Shown: positions 36,212 through 44,704 of the stretch, one piece after another
Numbering within the stretch: the stretch's first letter is position 1
Layout: each line of letters begins with the position of its first letter
Source: Bacteroidales bacterium UBA4814
GTDB lineage: Bacteria; Bacteroidota; Bacteroidia; Bacteroidales; UBA7960
DNA: 64,000 nucleotides
Assembly: GCA_002402465.1 (NCBI GenBank)
Contig: DHFW01000049.1
Coordinates: 148,541-212,540 of the forward strand
Reading direction: 5' to 3'
Notes under the pieces: generated by a model
Told to the model about the DNA's origin: nothing
Database searches by the model: none
The model's input: only the letters and a program-made list of their open reading frames with translations
Program-made: the position numbers and the translations under genes

Positions 36212-36367
36212 ATGTCACACGAAAGGGAAGGAAAAGAAAAATCGGATAAGAAAGCTCCGCAGAAAAGCCTGAAGGAAAAGCGCGCCGCAAAAGCCGCAAA
36301 AAGGGATGAAAAGGGATCGGTGAATAAAATCATGATCACTCCTCCCGATTCTAAATCTGCCAAATAG
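36212..36367 (+). CDS. Possible small Lys-rich protein (51 aa)
   Basis: Own translation: MSHEREGKEKSDKKAPQKSLKEKRAAKAAKRDEKGSVNKIMITPPDSKSAK. Preferred over the antisense track ORF 36157..36363, which has an odd composition. Weak support only. Confidence 0.3.
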   Translation: MSHEREGKEKSDKKAPQKSLKEKRAAKAAKRDEKGSVNKIMITPPDSKSAK

Positions 36368-36396
36368 AAGGCCAGATCAAACCAAACATAAGACCA

Positions 36397-36618
36397 TTGA
36401 ATTTAACCACCTCCCGGAAAATCCGGAAGCAAAACAAAAAACCATTTTGCGAATTCGCAACAAATAATGTTGGGATAGATTTCATCCTTGGACTGGAAAA
36501 TAACTTCAAAGAAATACCTTTCAATATAAGCATAGACTGGAAACCTGCCTATAATCTAACTGGCTATAGTGGGTTCTGGGCTGATGGCGGGGCAATATCC
36601 ATTCGCTATATTTTTTAA
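36397..36618 (+). pseudogene. C-terminal fragment of an outer-membrane beta-barrel gene
   Basis: It ends in alternating beta-strand sequence and a terminal aromatic (GIDFILGLENNFKEIPFNISIDWKPAYNLTGYSGFWADGGAISIRYIF). There is no signal peptide or N-terminal barrel. Confidence 0.4.
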
Positions 36619-36637
36619 TCAGGTTTTAATATAAACG

Positions 36638-36676
36638 ATACCTCCCAATAATACCTCCCAATAATACCTCCCGCAA
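36638..36676. repeat. 13-nt tandem repeat ATACCTCCCAATA x2 plus a diverged third copy
   Basis: Units at 36638-36650, 36651-36663 and 36664-36676 (ATACCTCCCGCAA). The minus strand reads GGGAGGTAT three times. Confidence 0.8.
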
Positions 36677-36714
36677 TGAGGCGACCAAACGCGAAAGCAC
36701 GAGGTTGCCTCATT
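36675..36714 (+). terminator. Long imperfect hairpin after the beta-barrel fragment
   Basis: AATGAGGC...GCCTCATT outer stem with partially paired interior, followed by TGCATTTTGGG. Confidence 0.4.
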
Positions 36715-36817
36715 TGCATTTTGGGCTGGTTGTCTTTGCCCAAAAGCATGTAATTATTTTTATCCTTTAAATAAGTGGAGCGCAAAACAGTTCAGAAAAT
36801 TTGCCATTTCAAGGGAG

Positions 36818-36973
36818 CTATCTAAGCCTGTTAAGGATCACCAGGGCGGCTATTACCCCGGGCACCCATCCCGCAAGGGTAAGGATAAAAACGATTACTA
36901 TGGAACCGCAACCCTGATCGAACACGGTCAGGGGTGGGAATAAAATGGATAAAATGACTCGCCAGATGGACAT
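36818..36973 (-). CDS. YqaE/Pmp3-family proteolipid membrane protein (51 aa)
   Basis: Not in the ORF track. Own translation: MSIWRVILSILFPPLTVFDQGCGSIVIVFILTLAGWVPGVIAALVILNRLR, the Pmp3 signature LLPPL...LLTLLGWIPGVI-like. Confidence 0.75.
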   Translation of the reverse strand: MSIWRVILSILFPPLTVFDQGCGSIVIVFILTLAGWVPGVIAALVILNRLR

Positions 36974-37165
36974 AGCGCTTATTTATTGATTTTCATTGTG
37001 GCTTCAGCAACGGGTAAAAAGCTATTTGAAAGCCAGAGGGATATCAAACCTTCTTGGTTTAAGTTTAGTAGGTTGGGCAAATATAATAAAGATTTTGGCG
37101 GGTATTGAGCCGTTGTTTTTGCCGTTGATTTTTTCATTTGCTGCGGCTGGTGTTTTCTTATGCCC

Positions 37166-37173
37166 TACATTTG
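37166..37173 (+). promoter_or_regulatory. -7 box TACATTTG
   Basis: Perfect TAnnTTTG 22 nt before the ATG at 37196. Confidence 0.4.
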
Positions 37174-37195
37174 TTGTTTTATAAAAACATGGTAT

Positions 37196-37645
37196 ATGAC
37201 CGAGCGTCAGGAAAAAGCGAAAGCGGCCTTTCTGGAAGGCCATAATTGTGCCCAGTCAGTATTGCTTGCCTTTAATACCGATATTGGCATAAAGGACGAA
37301 GACTTATTGCGGATTTCTTCGGGTTTTGGCTCGGGCATGGGCCGCATGCAGGAAACCTGCGGCGCCCTCACCGGGGGCATGATGGTAATCAGCTATCTTT
37401 ATGGAAAATACCGGGTGGGCGACCTTGCCTCCAAAGAACTGAGCATTGAAATGATCGGCGCCTTTGTCAAAGCGTTTCGCAAAAAACACCTGGATACCAC
37501 CTGTCGTAAACTGCTGGGGGTGGACCTTGGAACGGAAGAGGGACAGAAAGAGGCTTCAGAAAATCCTGCATACAAAAGAAAATGCACTGCCTACGTGACC
37601 GACGCGGTGAAAATTCTGGAGAGAGATATTTTGAAGTTGCAATAA
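37196..37645 (+). CDS. C_GCAxxG_C_C-family putative redox-active protein
   Basis: FLEGHNCAQSVLLAF...ETCGALTGG...CRKLLG...KCTAYV cysteine pattern. Confidence 0.75.
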   Translation: MTERQEKAKAAFLEGHNCAQSVLLAFNTDIGIKDEDLLRISSGFGSGMGRMQETCGALTGGMMVISYLYGKYRVGDLASKELSIEMIGAFVKAFRKKHLDTTCRKLLGVDLGTEEGQKEASENPAYKRKCTAYVTDAVKILERDILKLQ

Positions 37646-37680
37646 GAAAATAAGGGCTTCTATTGAGGCTCTTCTTTTTG

Positions 37681-38025
37681 TTAATGCTGGTAATACACCT
37701 TGCTCACCATTTTCCAGCCATCCTCAAATTTATATAGCGAGATATAATCTGTAAAAATGCGCTGCCTGTCGCGGTGCAGCTCCAGTTTTACCAAGGCCTC
37801 CGTACCGGTAATCTCCACTTCAAGGAATTTTCCTGTAATGTTTGGCGGTGTCGAGAGCGGATTGGCCTGGCGTTGCTCAACCCGTTCCATCCAGTCTTTA
37901 ATACTTAGTTTCGACATTTGCCCATCGCGACACAGCAGAATCTCAAAATCGGGATGAAAACCTTTGCGGGCCACCTCAAGGTCGCCCAGGTTTTGCATGG
38001 CATCGATATAGGCTTCATGCACCAC
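37681..38025 (-). CDS. NTF2-like (SnoaL/lumazine-binding-type) small protein
   Basis: About 114 aa with the alpha+beta cone pattern ...GFHPDF...KLELHRDRQRIFTDYISLYKFEDGWKMVSKVY. The track start is GTG. An in-frame signal-peptide-like extension lies upstream without a canonical start (see findings). Confidence 0.65.
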   Translation of the reverse strand: MVHEAYIDAMQNLGDLEVARKGFHPDFEILLCRDGQMSKLSIKDWMERVEQRQANPLSTPPNITGKFLEVEITGTEALVKLELHRDRQRIFTDYISLYKFEDGWKMVSKVYYQH

Positions 38026-38153
38026 TTTAATTACCGCTTCTTCTTCGCTTTGCGCGAAAAGGGCAGTTGGCAGGCAAAAGAGAAGAAAGATAAAGATTAG
38101 TACCTTATCTTTTAACTTGATGTTTTTTTGGCATAATATTTTTAACCGACTTC

Positions 38154-38180
38154 TGTAACTCTTTATTGACGGGTATTACA
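38154..38180. promoter_or_regulatory. Palindromic variant S7: TGTAAC-N15-ATTACA
   Basis: TTCTGTAAC-tctttattgacgggt-ATTACAGAA. The hexamer and 21-nt start-to-start spacing match S1-S6, but the orientation is inverted. It lies in the 313-nt gap upstream of the NTF2-like gene. Confidence 0.35.
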
Positions 38181-38338
38181 GAAGAAATTTTTTTATCCAA
38201 CTTTTTAAAACCTGTTTGGTTCTGGCTTGTCCAGGTTAGGTTTTGAATGTCTCGTGATCAAAGTCCGGTTTGGGGAACCTTGCAAGGTTATCAAAATTAT
38301 AAAAATAAACGTTTAAAACAACCGTTGCTGAAACACGT

Positions 38339-39190
38339 TCAGATTTCCAGTAATTTGCTGAAGAGTGCCTCAAGATCAGCCTCCAGCGAAGGGTTTTCTT
38401 TTAACAGGTGGTTAATGTAAGCTTCGCCCCCGGCATAAAATGCCAGCCGGCTGAGGCTGCCGCTGCGTCCCACCCGGTTGTTTTCGAGGCCGAGTTGATG
38501 CCTGAGTTTATTTTCAATAAATAATGCGAAGCCTTCTTTCCATTCCTGCCAAACCATATATTGGTAATCGAAAGGGCTTAGCATAGATTGCAGTGCTTTC
38601 CGGTTTAGCCAAATGCCTTCGTCATCGTCAATGTCGAGCGCATGTATAAATCGCCGGTAAGTCTCTTCCACGCTTTTTTCCCCGTAAGGGAAAGGGTACA
38701 ACATCTCCCACATGTAATCTTGGTTTTCGTTTGCGTGGAGGGCCAGGGGCAGGCTCTGGCGCAGGGCAGGCTCCACGGTTTCCCATTGGTGGCAGTGGAT
38801 AAACTCATGAAAAATTGTAACATAACCCAGGGGGGTATCGAACACATCACCGGTGACTATACATGCGGCCTTTCCCCCGTAAAAATCGAGCGGGAAGGCC
38901 GCCCGCACCCCTTCAGGCACGGGCATGTTTGTGGGTGAGTGAACTACCAGCTCGTATCTGGTTTTTTCAGAATTCAGGTCAAAAACATAAAAATGGTCGT
39001 TCTGCACCACTGCAATGGGGTAGAGGTGCTTCACAAAGGGATGCACACCTTTGAGGATGTCGCGGTATTCAAACACCCGCACCAAGGGCTCCTTATACTG
39101 ACGGGCCACCGCATCGGCCGTCAGCATGGGTGCGCCGGCAAGTTGCCCCATTAGCAGCATGGAAAGAAAAAATAGCTTGACTGATTTCAT
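38339..39190 (-). CDS. Secreted hypothetical protein with an HExxH motif (putative metallopeptidase-like)
   Basis: Signal peptide MKSVKLFFLSMLLMGQLAGA; HEFIHCHQ motif at about residue 128. Confidence 0.6.
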   Translation of the reverse strand: MKSVKLFFLSMLLMGQLAGAPMLTADAVARQYKEPLVRVFEYRDILKGVHPFVKHLYPIAVVQNDHFYVFDLNSEKTRYELVVHSPTNMPVPEGVRAAFPLDFYGGKAACIVTGDVFDTPLGYVTIFHEFIHCHQWETVEPALRQSLPLALHANENQDYMWEMLYPFPYGEKSVEETYRRFIHALDIDDDEGIWLNRKALQSMLSPFDYQYMVWQEWKEGFALFIENKLRHQLGLENNRVGRSGSLSRLAFYAGGEAYINHLLKENPSLEADLEALFSKLLEI

Positions 39191-39273
39191 TATTTTTTAA
39201 GGCTTTAATGCCATTTCAAATTTAATGAAAAATGCCTGAAAACCAGCCGAAAAGCCATTATTTTTATTTTTTG

Positions 39274-39281
39274 TATCTTTG
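39274..39281 (+). promoter_or_regulatory. -7 box TATCTTTG for treS
   Basis: Perfect TAnnTTTG 43 nt before the ATG at 39325. Confidence 0.45.
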
Positions 39282-39324
39282 TAATTACTTGAATTTCTGC
39301 ATTATAATTTTTAACATTTATTTT

Positions 39325-42300
39325 ATGAACACAAACGTTTCTGAAAAAAACAATCCCTTATGGTATAAAGATGCCATCATTTATCAGGCGCATGTGCGCT
39401 CTTTTTTCGATAGCAATGGTGATGGCATTGGCGATTTCAGAGGACTTATTCAGAAACTCGATTACATACAAAGCCTGGGTGTGAATGCGCTTTGGCTGCT
39501 GCCCTTTTACCCTTCGCCCCTGAAGGATGGCGGGTACGATATTGCCGATTTTACCGGTATTCATCCCTCATACGGCACCCTGGCCGATTTCAAACGTTTT
39601 ATAAAAGAGGCTCACCGGCGAGGCCTGCGAATAATTACCGAGCTGGTACTTAACCACACTTCTACCGAGCACCGGTGGTTCCAACGGGCCCGCAAGGCCA
39701 AACCCGGAAGCCTGTATCGCGATTTTTATGTGTGGAGCGATACGCCCGAAAAATATCAGGATGCCCGCATTATTTTTCAGGATTTTGAAGTGTCGAACTG
39801 GACCTACGACCACGAAGCCAGGGCTTATTACTGGCATCGCTTTTATTCGCACCAGCCCGACCTGAACTTCGAAAACCCGAGAGTGCAGCAGGAAATTTAC
39901 AAAATATTGGATTTCTGGTTTCAGATTGGGGTGGATGGCTTTCGCCTGGATGCGGTGCCTTATCTTTTCGAGGCCGAAGGCACCAACTGCGAGAACCTGC
40001 CCCAAACCCATGAATACCTGAAAAAACTTCGCAAATATGTAGACGAAAATTATCAGGATAAACTGCTGCTTGCCGAAGCCAATCAGTGGCCCAACGACTC
40101 GCGCGATTATTTTGGTGACGGAGACGAATGCCACATGGCTTTTCATTTTCCGCTGATGCCCCGCTTGTATATGGCCCTGCGCATGGAAGACCGTTTTCCG
40201 GTGGTCGATATCATGGAACAGACCCCGCAGATTCCGGATAACTGCCAGTGGGCCATTTTCCTGCGCAACCACGATGAGCTGACCCTCGAAATGGTTTCTG
40301 ACGAAGAGCGCGATTACATGTACAAATCGTTTGCAAAAGATCCGGAAAAGAGGATCAATGTGGGTATCCGCCGGAGGCTTTTTCCACTTCTGGGCAACGA
40401 TACCCGCAGCATCGAGATGCTTAACTTTTTGCTATTCTCCATGCCAGGAACGCCCATAGTTTACTATGGCGATGAAATTGGCATGGGCGACAATTACTAC
40501 CTGGGCGACCGCGACGGGGTGCGCACCCCCATGCAATGGTCGCCCGATAAAAATGCAGGCTTTTCGACAGCAGATCCACAAAAGCTGTTTCTTCCCGTAG
40601 TAATAGATTACAACTATCACTACGCCACCGTGAACGTAGAAAACCAGGAGCGTAATCCTTCGTCATTTCTTTGGTGGAAGCGCAGGGTAATTAATAAACG
40701 TAAACAATTTAAGGCATTTGGCCGCGGAAGCATACGCTTTATCAATACCAACAATCCCAAGGTGCTTGCCTTTGTCAGGGAGTTTGAAGAAGAGACCATA
40801 CTGGTGGTGGTTAACCTTTCGCGCTATTCGCAGAGCGTGGAGCTCGACCTGCATGAATTTGCCGGGTCGGTGCCTATGGAGGTGTTCAGCCGAAACGACT
40901 TTCCGCTTATTTCGGAGGAGCCCTGGAAGTTCAGCATGCAGTTCAAAAATTATTTCTGGTTCGAGCTGCGTAAGCCCGGCAAAGAAATGGCCGTCGCAGC
41001 AATAAGCAGCGAGCCCCTTCAGTTCAGTGCCCAACAATGGCTCGAAATGAAGCCTTCATTGCAGCATACTATCAAGCAATCTATTTATGGTTATATCCTT
41101 CAGAGTAAATGGTTCCGGGGCGATGCCCGGAAGTTGCGCGACATAAAGGTTATTGATGTAATTTCTTTACAGAAAAAGAAGCAGACCCCCTACCTGTTTA
41201 TTCTGCAGCTCGATCTGATAGAAGGGAACAAAGATGTTTACGTTATGCCGGTTTCGCTGGTAACGAATACTATAGCCGTTGAGGTGCGATCAAAATTTCC
41301 GGATGCCGTGATTGCCCCTGTTGAAACAGAAGGTGAGGAAGGTTTGCTTTTTGACGGGGTTTACGATCAGTATTTGCATGAGGCGTTCTTAAGCTTAATC
41401 AGGAAGCGGGGCAAACTAAAGGGGATAAATGGTGAGTTGGAAGGTTCTTCGGGCCGCCTGCTTAGGCAGTTCAGCGAAAACGACTTGCCTCTGAAACCTC
41501 AGGTGGTGGCCTGCAAGTGCAGCAACACCTCGGTAACTCTGGGCGACAAGTATTTCTTCAAAATTTATCGCAGTCCACAGGAAGGTGAAAATCCCGATGT
41601 CGAGGTGTTAAAAAACCTGACCCGGCATACTGATTTTGGGCATATCCCGGCTTATGTGGGTCGCATCCATTACAATAATCCGGAGTTGGAAACGACTTCG
41701 ATTGGCATGCTCGAAGACCTGATCCCTAACGCAGGCAATGCATGGGAGATGACCGAAACCGCCATCGAGAGTTTCTTTGATAAAGTGCTGAGCGAAAAGG
41801 AAGAACTGGGCAAGACTGGCACCTACCCTGAGCAGGAACTGGAGGACATTATCGGGCCATTTTTCCTTGAAATGGTGGCTTTGCTGGGCGAGCGAACCGC
41901 ACAACTGCATCAGGCCATGGCTTCCATTAAAGAGGTGAAAGGCTTTGAACCCGAGCCATTCTCAATACTCTACCAGAAATCATTGTACCAGTCGATGCGT
42001 ACCTTTGCCAAGCGCACCTTTGCTTTTGCTAAAACCCGCATGGAAAAACTGAAAACCGACAAGCAGGAGTTGCTAAGGGATGTATTGGAAGAGCAGAACG
42101 TTTATCTCGATCATATGCAGCAGATACTGGAGCAGGGCAAGATCGACACCTTTAAGATCCGGATTCACGGAAACTTTAAACTCGACAAACTGCTGTTTAC
42201 AGGTAAGGATTTTATATTTACCGATTTCGAAGGCGAAGTGGAGTTCCCGATCAGTATCAGAAAAATTAAGCACTGCCCTCTTAAAGATGTGGCTTCTATT

Positions 42301-42627
42301 CTTACCTCCTTCCATTACATCATTTACGATGGATATTTCAATCGAAAGGAATTTGTTCCAGTGGATGAAAACTTCCTGAAGCCTCTGGTTGAACGCTGGT
42401 ATGAAAAAGTGTTCGGAACCTTTACAAGCGCTTATGTTGCCGAAGCCCGAAAAACAAGCCTTATTCCGGTAAGCGACAGGCATGTAAGAGACCTGATTGA
42501 TCTTTACATTTTTGAAAAGGCAGTGCGCGAGATCGGCAATTTTATTGAAAACGAGCCCCGCTCGCTTATTATCCCCGTTAAGGCTTTGCGCCGGATCAAA
42601 GACAGAATAGAACAACAGAAAGCTTAA
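39325..42627 (+). CDS. treS: Trehalose synthase (maltose alpha-D-glucosyltransferase) fused to a maltokinase (Pep2/Mak)-like domain
   Basis: The N-terminal GH13_16 blocks are WYKDAIIYQAHVRSFFDSNGDGIGDF, GFRLDAVPYLFE and FLRNHDELTLE. The C-terminal 550 aa or so has a kinase-like region (FTDFEGE). The ATG at 39325 is preferred over 39232. Confidence 0.88.
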   Translation: MNTNVSEKNNPLWYKDAIIYQAHVRSFFDSNGDGIGDFRGLIQKLDYIQSLGVNALWLLPFYPSPLKDGGYDIADFTGIHPSYGTLADFKRFIKEAHRRGLRIITELVLNHTSTEHRWFQRARKAKPGSLYRDFYVWSDTPEKYQDARIIFQDFEVSNWTYDHEARAYYWHRFYSHQPDLNFENPRVQQEIYKILDFWFQIGVDGFRLDAVPYLFEAEGTNCENLPQTHEYLKKLRKYVDENYQDKLLLAEANQWPNDSRDYFGDGDECHMAFHFPLMPRLYMALRMEDRFPVVDIMEQTPQIPDNCQWAIFLRNHDELTLEMVSDEERDYMYKSFAKDPEKRINVGIRRRLFPLLGNDTRSIEMLNFLLFSMPGTPIVYYGDEIGMGDNYYLGDRDGVRTPMQWSPDKNAGFSTADPQKLFLPVVIDYNYHYATVNVENQERNPSSFLWWKRRVINKRKQFKAFGRGSIRFINTNNPKVLAFVREFEEETILVVVNLSRYSQSVELDLHEFAGSVPMEVFSRNDFPLISEEPWKFSMQFKNYFWFELRKPGKEMAVAAISSEPLQFSAQQWLEMKPSLQHTIKQSIYGYILQSKWFRGDARKLRDIKVIDVISLQKKKQTPYLFILQLDLIEGNKDVYVMPVSLVTNTIAVEVRSKFPDAVIAPVETEGEEGLLFDGVYDQYLHEAFLSLIRKRGKLKGINGELEGSSGRLLRQFSENDLPLKPQVVACKCSNTSVTLGDKYFFKIYRSPQEGENPDVEVLKNLTRHTDFGHIPAYVGRIHYNNPELETTSIGMLEDLIPNAGNAWEMTETAIESFFDKVLSEKEELGKTGTYPEQELEDIIGPFFLEMVALLGERTAQLHQAMASIKEVKGFEPEPFSILYQKSLYQSMRTFAKRTFAFAKTRMEKLKTDKQELLRDVLEEQNVYLDHMQQILEQGKIDTFKIRIHGNFKLDKLLFTGKDFIFTDFEGEVEFPISIRKIKHCPLKDVASILTSFHYIIYDGYFNRKEFVPVDENFLKPLVERWYEKVFGTFTSAYVAEARKTSLIPVSDRHVRDLIDLYIFEKAVREIGNFIENEPRSLIIPVKALRRIKDRIEQQKA

Positions 42628-42657
42628 CCCTTGCCAAAACAGGCTGACAAGAACAAA

Positions 42658-44520
42658 ATGCAGCTTCAAGCCAACCAACAGCTTCGTCCTGGTATCCATT
42701 TTTCTGAAAATAGGCTACCCGTGGCCATCTGTTGGGCGCCCTTTGTTTCGAGGCTTGAGCTGGAGGCAGAAGGCCGGGGATGTTTTGCTTTCAGCAAGCT
42801 GAAGGACGGATACTGGAGCTGCGAATGCCCCGGCCTTAAGCCCGGAGATCGCTATTTTTTGAAAATAAATGGCAAGAAAGTCTTTCCCGACCCGGCATCG
42901 CTGTCACAGCCCGATGGGGTGCATCAAGCTTCGCAGTGTGTCGACCTTGAGGCCATCAAAAAGCAGAGATTGGCAGGCTGGAAAGGTATTCCATTGAAGG
43001 ATATGGTCATTTATGAACTTCATGTTGGCACCTTTTCTCCTGCAGGAACCTTTATTGGAGTCGCCGAAAAACTTCCATACCTGAAAAGCCTGGGAGTGAA
43101 TGCTATAGAGATAATGCCCGTGGCTTCCTTTCCGGGCAGCCGCAACTGGGGCTACGACGGGGTTTTTCCTTACTCGGTGCAATACTCATACGGAGGAGCC
43201 CTCTGTCTGGCACAACTGGTAAGGGCTTGCCACGAGCAGGGCATGGCCGTGATACTCGATGTAGTTTTCAATCACCTGGGCCCTGAAGGAAATTACCTTG
43301 GCCATTTCGGGCCATATTTCAACAAAAGGCATAAAACCCCCTGGGGGCCTGCCATAAATTTTGATGGGGAGGACTGTGAGGCGGTGCGCCATTATTTCAT
43401 AGAAAACGCCCTGATGTGGCTGCGCGATTTCGATATCGACGGCCTGCGCCTCGATGCCATTCATGCCATTATTGACAAAAGCCGTAAGCACTTTTTGAAA
43501 GAACTGAGTGAAAAAGTGGAGAAACTCAACAGCGTAAAGGGCCGCAGGCACTTTCTTATCGCCGAAAGCGACCTGAACGATGTTCGGGTTATAGATAAAA
43601 TAGATAATGAGGGATTTGGAATTGATTCGCAGTGGTGCGATGACTGGCATCACAGCCTGCACGCCCTGCTAACCCGGGAGCGAATGGGCTATTATGCCGA
43701 CTTTGGGAACCTGGATCATTTGGTAAAGACCTTTAACCATGCCTTTGTATATGATGGCATTTTTTCCGGTTATCGAAACAAGGTTTTTGGCACCTCCACC
43801 AAAGGTCGGCCCGGCCATCATTTTGTGGTATATGCCCAGAATCACGATCAGGTTGGAAACCGCATAAAAGGCGACCGGCTGAGTACAATCCTCAGCTTTG
43901 AAAGCCTGAAGCTTGCAGCGGCAGCTCTGCTCTTCAGCCCCTTTGTGCCCATGCTCTTCATGGGAGAGGAGTATGGGGAGGAAAGCCCGTTTTTGTTCTT
44001 CACCAGCCATGGCGACAAACAATTGGTGGGAAAGGTGCGTCGCGGCCGTAAAAGAGAGTACCGGGCATTTATGAAAGATGCCGAACTCCCGGACCCGCAG
44101 GCTGAAGAGAGTTTCATGCTTTCAAAACTGAAGTGGGATTTTCCGGGAAACCCGCAAAAAGAAAGCTTGCTGGCCTTTTATAAGAAATGTATTGGGTTGA
44201 GAAAATCCTTGCGGATTCTCAGACCCGGAACCCGGGAAAACATCCTTGCCAGGAAAATTGGCAAAGAGGCCATGCTGCTTTCTGTAAAAGGCGAAATGGA
44301 AAGTTTTCTGGCAGTTTTCAATTTTTCCGCTGAAACCTTTTCCGCTAATCTGGAGGTAATGTCCGTGGGCAAGGCAGTTTTGCTCCTTTACTCGGCGCAT
44401 AAGCAATGGGGCAGCCGGGTGGCTAACGGGCATAATCCTGCAAAAACCCAAGATGGGAAAGCCCCGGAGGTAATACTTGAACCCAGGTCGGTTGCCGTTT
44501 ATTTGGTGAAAAATATCTGA
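42658..44520 (+). CDS. treZ: Malto-oligosyltrehalose trehalohydrolase-like GH13 enzyme
   Basis: YELHVGTFSPAGTF...LGVNAIEIMPVASFPGSRNWGYDGV...LDVVFNHLGPEGNYL...TPWGPAINFDG...GLRLDAIHAI blocks are typical of TreZ. Confidence 0.8.
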   Translation: MQLQANQQLRPGIHFSENRLPVAICWAPFVSRLELEAEGRGCFAFSKLKDGYWSCECPGLKPGDRYFLKINGKKVFPDPASLSQPDGVHQASQCVDLEAIKKQRLAGWKGIPLKDMVIYELHVGTFSPAGTFIGVAEKLPYLKSLGVNAIEIMPVASFPGSRNWGYDGVFPYSVQYSYGGALCLAQLVRACHEQGMAVILDVVFNHLGPEGNYLGHFGPYFNKRHKTPWGPAINFDGEDCEAVRHYFIENALMWLRDFDIDGLRLDAIHAIIDKSRKHFLKELSEKVEKLNSVKGRRHFLIAESDLNDVRVIDKIDNEGFGIDSQWCDDWHHSLHALLTRERMGYYADFGNLDHLVKTFNHAFVYDGIFSGYRNKVFGTSTKGRPGHHFVVYAQNHDQVGNRIKGDRLSTILSFESLKLAAAALLFSPFVPMLFMGEEYGEESPFLFFTSHGDKQLVGKVRRGRKREYRAFMKDAELPDPQAEESFMLSKLKWDFPGNPQKESLLAFYKKCIGLRKSLRILRPGTRENILARKIGKEAMLLSVKGEMESFLAVFNFSAETFSANLEVMSVGKAVLLLYSAHKQWGSRVANGHNPAKTQDGKAPEVILEPRSVAVYLVKNI

Positions 44521-44704
44521 CCGTATTTCTTGTATAAGCACCTGTTAATTAATTTAACAGGGTTAGCGGCCGCTTCTCTTGCCGATTTATGATGCTTTGC
44601 TTTGCCTGATCCGGCAGTTTGGAATTCTGCCAGAATATTATTATATTCGTGATTTGTATTTATATAAAAACCCTAAATATAACTATCTTTTTAAATCGCT
44701 ATTT

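Noticed and set aside
36157-36363. The track ORF of 68 aa on the minus strand.
   Set aside because: Its composition (Phe/Ser/Ala/Cys-rich, no start context) looks like the reverse frame of the Lys-rich plus-strand ORF 36212..36367. Neither is strongly supported.
36638-36676. Tandem repeats (the 13-mer here and the heptamer at 54862-54903) as possible CRISPR arrays.
   Set aside because: The units are contiguous with no spacers, are far shorter than CRISPR repeats, and no cas genes are present.
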